The notes: generated by a model not told the origin, from the sequence alone. A stretch of DNA of 63,951 nucleotides, filler included, from Octopus bimaculoides (GCF_001194135.2; 6 parts of 6 records of this genome joined end to end with filler, not necessarily neighbours in it); one strand, 5' to 3'; positions 48,391 through 61,748 are shown, counted from the whole stretch's first letter. A program made the numbers and translations.

Positions 48391-50671
48391 ATGTGTGTGT
48401 GTGTGTGTGTGTTGTGTGTTTGTGTTTATATATCATCGTTTTACCATCTGCCTTTCCATGCTTGCATGAGCCACATGTTATTCACTGAGGCAGATTTTTC
48501 TGCAGCTGGATGCTCTTCCTGTTGCCAAACACCACCTGTATACAACCAAGGCAATATTTTGCCCTAGACTGGATGTCTTCGCAGAAGACAGCAAACAAAA
48601 CAGTTTCTTTACAATTAGTGCATGATATCAAGACAAGGACAGACACACAAACACACACAAGATAATGTTTTCATCCTAATCCTGAAATGTTTACACAGAA
48701 GCCTGCAAACAAACGTCACCACTTGTATGACAGTTAAGTTTATTTACAATTAGTACTTCATGTCAAGAAGACAAGGGTACACACACTCGAACATATAAGG
48801 TAATCTTAATCTCCCACTTAAAGTGGGTGTTGCGTCTGAACACAGAATACTGAGTTATTTACCTTCATAGGACCCCACATATAGACTCGTAGTGCATAAA
48901 AGCACTTGTATTTATACACTGACAGACGAGAGCCATCTGCTGCAGCTGCTGGAACAGCCAGATCACATGATTTCGCCCTGCTCGACTTCTTCAGTAGCAG
49001 ACATCCAGTAGCAACATATATATCAATTTATTAGAACATGTTTAATTCCAAACAAAAACTAACTCTGAAATTGTTTCCATGCCCAATTAATTCAATTTGA
49101 GAAATTAAATTAAAGTTTCCTAACATCTTTGGTTTTTTCACTGATAAACTGGACAAAACCAGAGAACTTGGATGCTGATATCCCTTTAACAAGATTTTAT
49201 ATCCTTGATTTAATCATATATATGTTGGTACTCTTGAGTTTCAAATGTGATGCTAGTCATCATTCATTTTGAATTTGAATTTGTCCACTCACGAGTTGTT
49301 TTTATTCATTTATCACCCGATGAGATACATCTGCACCACCGGATGCTCCTGAACCAGTTGTTGAGTTTCCCACCCAAGAGGAATCGATGCTAGACGTGTC
49401 GAAACAATTGTCGTGATTAACAATAAATTCTCGTATATTCCATCTCCTGCCTTTCATTTGTTTTATATATATATATATATATNNNNNNNNNNNNNNNNNN
49501 NNNNNNNNNNNNNNNNNNNNNNNNNNNNNNNNNNNNNNNNNNNNNNNNNNNNNNNNNNNNNNNNNNNNNNNNNNNNNNNNNNNNNNNNNNNNNNNNNNNN
49601 NNNNNNNNNNNNNNNNNNNNNNNNNNNNNNNNNNNNNNNNNNNNNNNNNNNNNNNNNNNNNNNNNNNNNNNNNNNNNNNNNNNNNNNNNNNNNNNNNNNN
49701 NNNNNNNNNNNNNNNNNNNNNNNNNNNNNNNNNNNNTATATATATGTATATATGTGTATATATATATATATGTATGTATATATATATATACATATGTATG
49801 ATGGGCTACTTGATCAGTTTTCATCAACAGAATTCACTCAGAAAACTTTGGCTAACACATTAGGCAATGCACCCTCAAAACACACGAATGATGCAATCCT
49901 GAGATGAGATCTTTGCACAAAGGAAGCAGATGGGATGGTCAAGACTGGCATGCATCCGATCATATGTCTGCACGAGCAGGACTGGCCTAGGGCCGAATGA
50001 CAACAATTCACTAATTCACCAACTGATCCATTTTGGTTCCATTACCGTCCTTTATAAATAATATCTTTAAGGAAAGGCATGATTGATGCTACATCTTCCT
50101 ATCATTTAACAGGCAGTCAACTCCCTCAGTCACCCAAGTTCAAATTTCACCAAGGGCCCACTCTGATCTTCATCCTTGTGGGGGTTGATCAAACAAGTAG
50201 CAGGCAAGTGATGAAATAAGCTGAGTTCAATATAAACAGGCTGCTGCTCTATTCTGGAGAGAGTTACTCCAGCATGGCTGCAGTCCAATTTCTGAAATCA
50301 GTAAAAGAATAATAGAGCACTTGTAAAAAATGTTGACAATTAAGAGACACACAGACAGACACACACATACAGAAAGAGGGGGGATAGAGAGAGAGAGATG
50401 AAGAGGGAAACAGAAAAAGGGAGAGGGAGAGACAGATAGACATGAAGAGAGGGGGAGAGACAGACAGACAAAGAGAGTGGGGAGAGACAGATACACAGAC
50501 AAGCAGAGAGGGGGAGAGAAAAAAGAGATAGGGTGAGAAGGAAACAAAAGGTGGGGGAGAGACAGATAAAGAGGGAAACAGAGAGAGAGAGAGGAGGAGG
50601 AGAGAGACTGATGGAGAAACAGACAAACAGAGAGGGAAACACAGAATGTGAGAGTGCGAGCCAGGGCAAGA

Positions 50672-50718
<47 letters not shown>

Positions 50719-51285
50719 ACAGACATACAGAGGGAAATACAAAAGAGAGAAAGACAGAGAGTTATGTGTGTAAATACGAAAAATACTTGCTGTAGGGTTC
50801 AAACGAATCCTTAAGCAAGACTTTTAACTCTTCCTCAGTTGCAGAATGAAATAAAAAAACATATATATATAAAGATTGTAAAAATTAAAATGACAAAAAA
50901 TGAGGATTTGATGCCAAATAAAGATACTATTATATATAAATATATATACATTTATATACACAAGCATATACACACACATGCGTATGTATGTATGTATGTG
51001 TGTGTGTGTATGACTGTGTGTGAGAGAGACGAAATGAGTGCATGAGTATGTGTGTATATATGTGTGTGTATATAAATATATTTGCATACAGACATCTATA
51101 TCTGTACAAAAAAATTAATATCTATCTGTATGTATATTTATAATGTATGTATAATTATATATACACATGTATCTATATCTGTAAAAAAGAAATACTACAA
51201 TATCCGTGCGCATTTTTTTATAATGTATAAAATATATATACATATCTATATCTGTAAGAAAATCTGTATATAACCATGTATCTAA

Positions 51286-51324
<39 letters not shown>

Positions 51325-51352
51325 TGTATGTGTACATGTGTGCCAGTGTGTA

Positions 51353-51422
<70 letters not shown>

Positions 51423-52279
51423 CATATGCATATATATAAATATATATGTATGTATATACATATATATATGCATGCACATACTCATAAATATATATATATA
51501 CACACAAATATATATACATGTTTATGTATATATGCATACATATAAAACATTCATATGCATGTGTACATACACACACACATATATATACATATATATATAT
51601 ATATACAAATATTTATATATATGTGTGTGCGTGTGTGTGTGTGTGTGTATAATTATACACCCACTACTGGTAATGTCCAGTATTTTTGCCATGAAGGAAA
51701 TTCTCCTAAATTCTTCCTTTAATCATGTCTGTCTGTTTGTCTGTTTGTTTGTTTGTTTGTTTACTTATTTGTTAATCTTTGATAATTTTTTTATTTGTTA
51801 TTAATGGCTTAAATTGATTGAAAGTTTTGTTTTCGTTTTCATTTTCTTTTTTCTTTTTTTTTTTTTTTACTGTTCACAAATTTTTGCTGTTTTTATAACA
51901 ATATGTTAAAATAAAATGAAAAAAAAAAACAAACATTATATCGTTTTGAAAATGAGATTAAATAAAAATTTTAAAAATTGCAAAAAGTCGTTGTCTATTC
52001 TGTTTTATATATTTACTCGTATACTGAGGCATCACTGTNNNNNNNNNNNNNNNNNNNNNNNNNNNNNNNNNNNNNNNNNNNNTTAATTAATTAANNNNNN
52101 NNNNNNNNNNNNNNNNNNNNNNNNNNNNNNNNNNNNNNTAGCATTGAGCTCTGTTTTTAGTATTGATCTAACTCGTCTATAGTACTCTTTCTTTATTTTT
52201 TCTTTCATTTGTGTATGTTGTATCCTATCTAGTTCATTGACTCCTAAATACTTATATGGTTGGCTTTCGTCTAGTTCTC

Positions 52280-52342
<63 letters not shown>

Positions 52343-52344
52343 CT

Positions 52345-52562
52345 AAGGCACCTAGCAGGTAGAATCGTTAGCACGCTGGGTGAAAGGCTTGGCGGTATTT
52401 CGCTTGTCGCTACGTTCTCAGTTCAAATTTCGCCGAGGTCGACTTTGCCTTTCATCCTTTCGGAGTCGATAAATTAAGGACCAGTGAAGTACTAGAGTAG
52501 ATGTAATCCACTATCGCCCCTCTCCCCAGATTTCAGGCCTTGTGCCTCTAGTAGTAAGGATT
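52345..52562 (+). mobile_element. SINE family B (B2 tail) directly after (TTA)n
   Basis: Homologous to 8367-8585. Confidence 0.85.
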
Positions 52563-53479
52563 ATTTGTTACGTGACAAAATTTTGTACGTGATTTACTCA
52601 TTGGTGATGACACACTGCAGCTAATCTGTGAGTTAGTTGACATGTTTCGTGGAAACAAGCATTAAACACCTATGTAGGTCAGTCGTTTTGGTCCAGTAGA
52701 TTATCGCTTGTCTAGTGTTTCTCTCTCACTTTGTATTGAAGATCATGTAAGCTAGAAGATTGAAAAGTCAAAGCGTGGTCTTCTCAAAATGGGTGACAGC
52801 AGTAGTAAATGTAGTAGTAGTTATAGTAGTTTCGAGGGTAGCGGTGGTTGTAGTAGTTTAGCAGTGGTAAGAGTAGTTGTAGTTACTGTTGCGCTTGTTG
52901 TTGTTGTTGTTGTTGTTGTCGAGGTTGTAGTGGTGGTGGTGGTGGTGATGGTGGTGGTGGTGGTGGTGGTGGTGGTAACGGGGGTAGTAGTGGTGTGTCA
53001 CCGACACTAATAGCTGCGATAGTAATAAAATGACACTAAGGCGTAGTACAGAGAGAAACAACAAGGTAAGGCCGTTAGTAGGAGAGATTGAGAGGGTAAA
53101 AGGGGAGAGTGAAACATAATATCAAGATAAAATAGGAAACACTAAGATAAGACGAGTTAGTATAAGTTAAAGCACTTATGAACACGACAGGGAAATATGA
53201 ACAAGGACAAAAAAGTAAAAAATTGAGAAATTAAAAACGAAAAAATGAGGAATGTGAGCTGGTTGAAAGAAATCTTATTTCGTCCTTAACAGAGGATGTG
53301 ACAAGTATTTAGGTACATATGGGGGACACTTTCCAAATTTCCTCTCAGTGCCTGTAAATGCAGACAAAACCATTGTAAATAAGGGTCGATGTAATCGACT
53401 CATATCCACCGCCACCAAGCTGCCCTTGTGGAAAAAAATTTGAAATAATAATAATGACAACAACAACAGCAACAACAAC

Positions 53480-53583
<104 letters not shown>

Positions 53584-53626
53584 CAATAATAATAATAATA
53601 AAAATAATAATAATAGTAATAATAAT

Positions 53627-53956
53627 GAAGTCGATAGATATGACAGGTTAAAATGAAAATTCGATAGATATGACAGGTTAGCTTGGGAGTTTAAGCAGTT
53701 GTGGTCGATGGAAAAGGTAGCAGTAGTACCAATAATTGTTGGAGCCCTGGGAACAGTGAGTAAAAATCTTGAGAAGTACATGGAACAAATAGGGGCCGCA
53801 ATAAGAGTGGAGCACTTGCAGAAAACAGCACTGCTTGGAACCACCCAAATACTCCGGAAGGTGATCGAAAAATAAGGAGCGTTACCTTAGTTCACTGGTA
53901 GTGAACAGCTGACACTGTAGTACATCTCCAGCGTTAGAAGATGTGCAAAGGCAGTG
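53627..53956 (+). mobile_element. R4/Dong-like non-LTR retrotransposon, 5'-truncated 3' end inside (TAA)n
   Basis: 53663-53875 reads DRYDRLAWEFKQLWSMEKVAVVPIIVGALGTVSKNLEKYMEQIGAAIRVEHLQKTALLGTTQILRKVIEK*. A short UTR follows, and (TAA)n lies on both sides (53445-53626, 53957-54048). Confidence 0.85.
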
Positions 53957-54044
<88 letters not shown>

Positions 54045-54048
54045 TAAT

Positions 54049-54500
54049 GTAACAGCTCTGTGTTAGTGGTATCAAGCACAGTACAAAGATGAGTGGGGAC
54101 AGTCATTCCCCTTGGAAGATGCCCCTCCTAATTTCTACTGTCCCTAAACTTCTTCCGTATGCTGTCAGATCCGTCTTCCAATTCATCATACTTTTTCCAA
54201 GCAATCATTCAACATTCGATGCAATACCAAATAGGTTCATACACTCCATAATCCAAGAATGTGGGATCATATCGTACGCCTTACGATAGTCGATCCATGA
54301 CGTGGCTAAGTTACTTTTCCTCCTCTTGCAGTCTCTGAGTACAGTTTTGTCTACCAGGAGTTGATCCTTGGTACCTCTGCACTTACGCTTGCAACCCTTC
54401 TGCTCACGCGGCAGGACTCCATTTTTTCCAGATGTTCGTACATTGACTCTGCGAGTATTCCAGTCAATAACTTCCACATAAGTGGCAAACAGGATATCGT
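54049..54500 (-). mobile_element. R4/Dong-like RT fragment
   Basis: [15 protein letters not shown]...[20 protein letters not shown]...[16 protein letters not shown]...RRGIFQGE*LSPLIF. Confidence 0.9.
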
Positions 54501-55275
54501 ATTATTATCACTATTATTATCAAAGACGTCGCACAGTATACAATATCTTGAGGTTGTTTCTTGAAGATATTGTGTCTACCGGGTGTGTGTACTGTTTGTC
54601 AAGTCACAACAAGGACCTGAGACCGACAGTACTTTACGCAATATGCGTGCAGTTCCAAGTAATGCCGACTTTTACAATACATCTAGATTTTACATCTAGA
54701 TTTGACAATACATCTAAGGTATCTCTAATGCTTTCAGATATTTTAGCAGATTAAGTGTTATTGAACCAATGCTTCGAAGACAATAGGGATAACCTTTAAG
54801 TTCGACTCTCGTAGTTGCCACATCTTAGCGATCTCAATCCTCAGGTTTCCATATTTATCAACTTTTTCTCTTTCTTTCATGATTATATGTTGATCTCCTG
54901 GCACTGCTACGTCGATTACTAGGTACTCTTGTTTGAACTTGCTAAAGGTTACTACATCCGGCCTTCGGTGCTCTAACACTTTGTCTGTCTAGAAATCAAA
55001 GTCCCAGAGGGTTTTTGCCTCCCCTTTTTCGTCCATTACCTTTTTCGGTGTATGTTGGTATCAAGCACCCATAAACTCATATCCATGCTTACGGCATAGT
55101 AGCCAGTGGAGGTTATGGGTTACTTTGTCGTGTCTACACTTGTACTCTTTCTGCGCAAAATTTCCACCAGCACTAACAATGTGAGTCACACTTTCGACCC
55201 TCTTCTCACGCATTCTGCAGAGGTCCGATGCACTTGTGTGGTATATATTCTTTTTCAATGAGTTGGGAAATATAT
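54501..55275 (-). mobile_element. R4/Dong-like 3' fragment (CCHC knuckle, RLE endonuclease, UTR, TAA-like tail)
   Basis: LCRM..KRVESVTHIVSA...QKEYKCRHDKV, RRPDVV...VIDVAVPGD...EKVDKY, KSALLGTARILRKVL, and tail GATAATAATAGTGATAATAAT at 54521-54501. Confidence 0.88.
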
Positions 55276-55278
55276 TTA

Positions 55279-55679
55279 TTTCTTCATTGCCCACAGGCGG
55301 CTAAACATAGAAGGGACAAACAAGGACAGCCAAAGAGATTAAGTCGATTACATCGATCCCAGTGAGTAACTGGCACTTAATTTATCGACCCCGAGAGGAT
55401 GAAAGGCAAAGTCGACCTCGGCAGAATTTGAACTCAGAACGTAACAGCAGACGAAATACCGTGAAGCATTTCGCCCGGCGTGCTAGCGTTTCTTATTTTT
55501 TTATTGCCCACAAGGGGCTAAACATAGAGGGGACAAACAAGGACAGACAAAGGGATTAGATCGATTACATCGACCCCAGTGAGTAACTGGTACTTAATTT
55601 ATCGACCCCGGAAGGATGAAAGGCAAAGTCGACCTCGGCGGAATTTGAACTCAGAACGTAACAAGAAATACCGCTAAGC
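55279..55679 (-). mobile_element. Head-to-tail dimer (or longer multimer) of SINE family B, B1 tail
   Basis: Two monomers joined at about 55490 (minus strand GGCAATAAAAAATAA|GAAACGCTAGCACGCCGGGCG); the upstream monomer runs into the gap. Confidence 0.9.
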
Positions 55680-56345
55680 NNNNNNNNNNNNNNNNNNNNN
55701 NNNNNNNNNNNNNNNNNNNNNNNNNNNNNNNNNNNNNNNNNNNNNNNNNNNNNNNNNNNNNNNNNNNNNNNNNNNNNNNNNNNNNNNNNNNNNNNNNNNN
55801 NNNNNNNNNNNNNNNNNNNNNNNNNNNNNNNNNNNNNNNNNNNNNNNNNNNNNNNNNNNNNNNNNNNNNNNNNNNNNNNNNNNNNNNNNNNNNNNNNNNN
55901 NNNNNNNNNNNNNNNNNNNNNNNNNNNNNNNNNNNNNNNNNNNNNNNNNNNNNNNNNNNNNNNNNNNNNNNNNNNNNNNNNNNNNNNNNNNNNNNNNNNN
56001 NNNNNNNNNNNNNNNNNNNNNNNNNNNNNNNNNNNNNNNNNNNNNNNNNNNNNNNNNNNNNNNNNNNNNNNNNNNNNNNNNNNNNNNNNNNNNNNNNNNN
56101 NNNNNNNNNNNNNNNNNNNNNNNNNNNNNNNNNNNNNNNNNNNNNNNNNNNNNNNNNNNNNNNNNNNNNNNNNNNNNNNNNNNNNNNNNNNNNNNNNNNN
56201 NNNNNNNNNNNNNNNNNNNNNNNNNNNNNNNNNNNNNNNNNNNNNNNNNNNNNNNNNNNNNNNNNNNNNNNNNNNNNNNNNNNNNNNNNNNNNNNNNNNN
56301 NNNNNNNNNNNNNNNNNNNNNNNNNNNNNNNNNNNNNNNNNNNNN

Positions 56346-56415
<70 letters not shown>

Positions 56416-56884
56416 CATGAATGTATGTATGTACGTACGTATGTATGTGTCTACACCAGAGCGGCAATTAGTAACAAAATTTTCTCTTTCTCCCAATTTT
56501 TCTTTTCTTTTTATTTTTTTTTTCACCCTTGTTACTGACTGCGCCCTCTAGCTTTTGTGTTATATTTATAACTTCTCTTTCTTTTCACCTAACTTTCCTC
56601 TCTTCCTGCATTCTTTTCTTTCTTCCTTTCTTTTTGGTCTTCCCAGTTCAAAATAAAACCTTCGTACTCAACAGATTGTCGAACGATTTGAAGAAAGATT
56701 GTATTTTTTGTTTCGCTCTTCCGATTTTGTCATTATCTATTTATTTTTCTATTCATTTATTTCCTTCTTTATTTATCATTTGATTGAGTTATGTGTTTGG
56801 ACGACCGGCAAAGAGACCTATGAAACTCTATTGTTTTATATTTGAACCTCTTCTCTTTGAAACGTATCCAAGTATCTACGTAAG

Positions 56885-57510
56885 TAGGAGAGGCTGTGTC
56901 CTGAGAAGCTTGCTTCCCAACCACATGGTTCCAAGCTCAGTCCCACTGCGTGACACCTTAAGCAAATGTCTTTAACTATGGTCTCGTGCCGACTTGAACC
57001 TTGTGAGTGGATTTGATAGACAGAACCTGAAAGAAGCCCGTCTTTTATGCATTTGTGTACATTTAAACTAATTAAATATTGTTGTACATTGTCAACTTAA
57101 TGTGACAATCCCAATAAGGGAATATACTACTGCTGTTTAGCCCTAGGAAGCGGTCCAGCTAGTGTGTTTACAACCGATGCTAGTGTGTTTACGTCCCTGT
57201 AACCTAGCGGTTCAGCGTAAGTGACCGATAGAATAAGTTCTAGGCTTACAAGGAATAAGTCCTGTGGTCGATTTGTTCGTGTGTGTGTGTGTATGTATAT
57301 ATCTATGTGTGTCTTTGTGTCTGTGTTTGTCCCACCCGCTCATCGCTTGACAATCGGTGTTGGTGTGTTTGCGTCCCTGTAACATTAACTATTCGAGAAA
57401 CAGATCGATAGTATAAATACTAGGCTTAAAAATAAGTCCTGAGGTAGAATAGTTCGACAAAATACTTCAAGGCAGTGCTCCAGCATGGCCGCAGTAAAAT
57501 GGCTGAAACA
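56885..57510 (+). mobile_element. Cluster of SINE family A segments interrupted by a foldback-element fragment
   Basis: 5' half at 56885-57050, two 3' halves at about 57170-57270 and 57280-57510. 57088-57160 matches the arm of 59274-59616. Confidence 0.75.
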
Positions 57511-59125
57511 AAAAAAAAAATATCTTCCAATTGCGTAAACTAGTAAACAGCAGATATGTCTCTTATGTGAAATGACTGGGTTTCCCAGGTTTGTTTTCGA
57601 ATGTACATGTGTAAGATTTTTCGAGGAGATTTAAGACTTACCTGAATCTCCAAGATTATCAATATTAAGTTCTGAAGCGAGTTGAAACCAGTCGCTAACA
57701 AAGAGACGAGACATTTTTATTTAAGAGAGTTTGTAAATATGTGGTTGAGATGGTGTGTTGCCTAAACAGTTATGCACACGCCCATGCGTGAACATGTATG
57801 CATCTAAAGCAGGGCTTCTCAATCGAGATCCATATGGACACCGGGTTTCCATATGAGATATCTGGAGGTCCACATAGGAAATGGTGTTTTTTTCTGTTTG
57901 GCTGCCAAGGTCAATTTCTGTTCGAATTGAATTCATATTCAATGTAATGAAACACTTTTATAGGCTAATGAATGCCATGAAAATCATTTTCGCCATAAAT
58001 CAATAAATAAAGAATTATTAGCTATTAACGTTTAAAAGTTTTGGGTAATTTTAGCCAATCGTAAGCCACAGACACATTCATGCCTTTTTCCATAGTAACA
58101 AGCCAAACATGAGAACTCTTTTGTCTGCCAGAAAGCACGTGTTGACTAATATGTTCCGGTCATTGAGATGGTTGTTATATGTGCTAAAAAAGGCAACCAA
58201 ATAGGAATAGGCCTTAGATCACGCACCCCCACAATATATTTTTTATTTTGGCATAATCGTATGAAGCCCCTCGTGTAGAATACAAATTCGCAAAAATTTT
58301 CTCAAAACCCCCCAAAACAAAAAAAGGTTATGAAAGGTTATATTCTTTGCGTAATTCATTTGTTTACGGTTTCATATAAAAACACAAGTGCTATTTTTAG
58401 GATGTTGACAAAATGTGCAGTCACGAACAAAATGACAGCTTCCAAATCCTGTTTCCTAGCTGGGTGAAAAATGATCAAACTCTAAACCTCTATCACTTTT
58501 AAAAACTCCGGCAATTCAGCTTGGAAATCTACATTAATGTACCAAATCAAAAATTTTTTAATTAACTTGGTTTTTGAAAACCTTGCTAGCCAAACAGAAA
58601 AGATCCATGAAATGTTGTAAATTGAGGGTCCACAGTAATTTTTCGGGAGTCCTGTTTTAGACCAGTAGTTTCTAATGTGGACTCCCTCTTGCAATGTGGG
58701 CCCATGTACAATGGTACACTCAGGCCAAGAAACTTGTTTAAAAATTGCTCAGTAAAACGTTGTTAGAAATCCTGCCTTTACTAATTCATTTACTACTTTA
58801 CTTTTCAAAAGAATAATAAGGAAAAAAGTAACATTTAAAAAAAGACAATGAAGAAACGACGAAGCTGTTCATAAAATTTCCCAGGGAATTCCCTAGAAAG
58901 ATGAAAGAAATAACACTGAAAAAAACGTCAACAACAACAGCAGCAGCAGCAACAGGATTGAAAGAATACATACACACACACATATACTTGGCTTTGGTAT
59001 CAAAGAAGAGGGTAGGCATAGCTTGTTAGTGCTATCCAAATACTANNNNNNNNNNNNNNNNNNNNNNNNNNNNNNNNNNNNNNNNNNNNNNNNNNNNNNN
59101 NNNNNNNNNNNNNNNNNNNNNNNNN

Positions 59126-59186
<61 letters not shown>

Positions 59187-59273
59187 ATGTATATATGTAT
59201 ACATTTATCTATTTCGAAAATAGAAATAATACATTTCTAAATCTCTCTGAGAGATTTATAACAGTAGTAACAC

Positions 59274-59616
59274 GATAAAGTGGTGGTATGTTGTCAACTT
59301 AATGGGAATAATACTACTGCTATTTAGCCCTAGGAAGCACCGCTTCCTGTCGGCCTTGACAGGTTTCCTGTGTCACTATGTTTACAAAGGGGGAAATAAC
59401 TAGTCTCTGGATGCTGGCTTTGCTGGGTGAAGGTGCTTATCTCCCCCTTTGTAAACATAAGGACACAGGAAATGTGTCAAGGCGGACAGGAAGCGGTGCT
59501 TCCTAGAGCTAAATAGCAGTAGTATTATTCCCATTAATTAGTAGATACTTCTGCTAAATAGCAGTAGTATAATTCCCATTATTCACATTAAGTTGACAAC
59601 ATACCACCAATTTATC
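59274..59616. mobile_element. Foldback/MITE with long imperfect inverted arms
   Basis: GATAAAGTGGTGGTATGTTGTCAACTTAATG...GGGGGAAATAA pairs with TTATCTCCCCC...CATTAAGTTGACAACATACCACCAATTTATC. The right arm carries a duplicated GCTAAATAGCAGTAGTAT(T/A)ATTCCCATT block. Confidence 0.85.
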
Positions 59617-59644
59617 TATTTCTTTGTTTGTCTAGCTATCTACG

Positions 59645-59676
<32 letters not shown>

Positions 59677-59704
59677 TAGATATGTGCTTCTTTTTCGCTT
59701 CTTT

Positions 59705-59935
59705 TCTTTTATTTGTTTCAGTCATTTCACTGAGGCCATGCTGGAGCACCGCCTTTAGTCGAACAAATTGACCCCAGAACTTATCTTTTGTAAGCCTAAT
59801 ACATATTCTATCGGTCTCTTTGCCGAACCGCTAAGTTACGGGGACGTAAACACACCAGCATCAGTTGTCAAGCGATGTTGGGGGGAACAAACACAGACAC
59901 ACAAACATACACACACACACATACATATATACATA
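59705..59935 (-). mobile_element. SINE family A, 3' half
   Basis: Matches 34745-34980. Confidence 0.88.
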
Positions 59936-59936
59936 C

Positions 59937-59975
<39 letters not shown>

Positions 59976-60075
59976 NNNNNNNNNNNNNNNNNNNNNNNNN
60001 NNNNNNNNNNNNNNNNNNNTTAATTAATTAANNNNNNNNNNNNNNNNNNNNNNNNNNNNNNNNNNNNNNNNNNNN

Positions 60076-61024
60076 TGATGTTGTCCATATCAACACATAT
60101 GGCCGATATCAACCATAGTGTGTCGATTGTTGGAGGTGCGTGCTTTATTGTTACCTTTGTTACCTTTTGGCCAAGGTAACTGGGTAACATTGTTATTTCA
60201 GGTGTGTGAAGAGTTAGCGCTGAATACGTCTTCGCGAACTCTTCATTTCGAAAAATCACCTGAACTTGTGAAAATCTATAATAAGTGATATAGGATTTTT
60301 TGTCCCAAATAGATCTCAAGCATCTTTCGATCTCGTCTATACTGGCCTGTTCCGGCCTTCTACTTTTTGTGTTTATTATTTTATAAATTATTGTTTTCCT
60401 ATTTGTCTCCTCTCATACGCGCTGTGGTATATTCAAATGTACTTCACCGCTTTCTTTGGTAATCAACTTCCTCGTTTCTATAATTTCCTTTGTCGTGTAG
60501 GACACAACAGTTTCACTTTGCTTCAAAGCTTCAGCAAAGTTTTTGTTTTTGTTATTGTTGTTATTGTTGTTGCTGATGTTGGCACTGGTATTGGCGGCAG
60601 ATGTGGTATTTGTGTCAGTGGTGTTGTGGCTTTTTCCTTCCTCTCTTTCGCTTGCTGCTGGTGAAGAGAGCAAAGGTTGAGTTGAACTGTTGCTGCTGCT
60701 GCTGTTGTTGTTGTTGTTGTTGTTGTCGTTGTTGTTGGTGGTGGTGGTAATAATGTTGTCACCAGAATTGGTGCTGACGTCAGATTCTTTGGAAATATTG
60801 TCTATGTTCTGTTTTGTAACCTTGGTTACAGTTTTGTTTTTGTTGTTGTTGGTGGTGGTGGTGGCGGTGTTAACACTTGAATTTGTGTGTGTAAATTCTT
60901 TTTTCTTTTTCTCCATTCTCTCGTTTAACTGTGAGGAAGGAAGACTAGGAAATTCTTTTTCGAACGAAACACTGCAAAATGCAGCGTTCGTGTCACAAAG
61001 ATTTTCATGGCTACAAGACGCCAT
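60076..61024 (-). mobile_element. LINE ORF1-like reading frame (L1/Tx1 type), one premature stop, truncated by assembly join
   Basis: ATG at 61024 (MASCSHENL...), an N/T/S-rich region and NFAEALK. After TGA at 60413-60415 the same frame continues EETNRKTIIYKI...FSQVQVIFRNEE...MLPSYLGQKVTKVTIKHAPPTID until the gap. Confidence 0.6.
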
Positions 61025-61238
61025 CGTCTCAAAAAAAAAAATGGCTAGACAGCCAAAATTGGTTTTTATATCCTGGAAATATGCCACACAGGGCAGATTT
61101 CCGTCGCAAAAAACTTGCACCAGAGAGTCTATAAGTTGTTATACAACTTTCTATATAAAAATAAACTTTACAAACAAACTTTTTAAAACATAAAGAGGCA
61201 AAACTTATGGAGCCGACATGTCTACCGTCCGTCCATAG

Positions 61239-61284
<46 letters not shown>

Positions 61285-61289
61285 GCAGA

Positions 61290-61430
61290 CACAGACAAAC
61301 AGATATAACCCAGAATGCATGTTTGGATGCCAAGACTGTGGTAGAAAACAATTACCTAAGGTTCCACACAGTGGGACTGAACCCAGAACCATATGGTTGC
61401 GAAGGAGACTTCTTACCATACAGCCATGCC
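61290..61430 (-). mobile_element. SINE family A, 5' half
   Basis: GGCATGGCTGTATGGTAAGAAG...GGGTTCAGTCCCACTG on the minus strand. Confidence 0.8.
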
Positions 61431-61621
61431 AATGCCTGATGATCTAATTATTGTTTAATTATTCTTCTTTCAGAAAAAGTCTCACTTTATTCAATCTTCA
61501 AGAATACATAGACAGGACGTTGGATGCTGTGGTTATAGCTGAGAAGGCAGCAGGTAATCCAAATTCTTTATCTCTATTTGTATTATGAAGGATTAAATTG
61601 AAAGATAGTTTTGCCATTATA

Positions 61622-61748
61622 CAGGGTGTCCACAAGGTCTGGGTACATGGAGTAAATAAAATCATAACATAAACAATTAAATATAAGAAATAATAATTTC
61701 TTAAAGTATGTGTTAATCCTCATGTACCCAGACTTTGTGGACACCCTG
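61622..61748. mobile_element. Tc1/mariner-type MITE (127 bp)
   Basis: 28-bp TIR CAGGGTGTCCACAA(G/A)GTCTGGGTACATG with one mismatch, flanked by TA on both sides. Confidence 0.93.

Noticed and set aside
49374-49412. GAAAC-AATT-GTC hammerhead-like stem III
   Set aside because: The upstream core reads CCAAGAG rather than CTGANGA and stem II is not convincing; at best a dead remnant.
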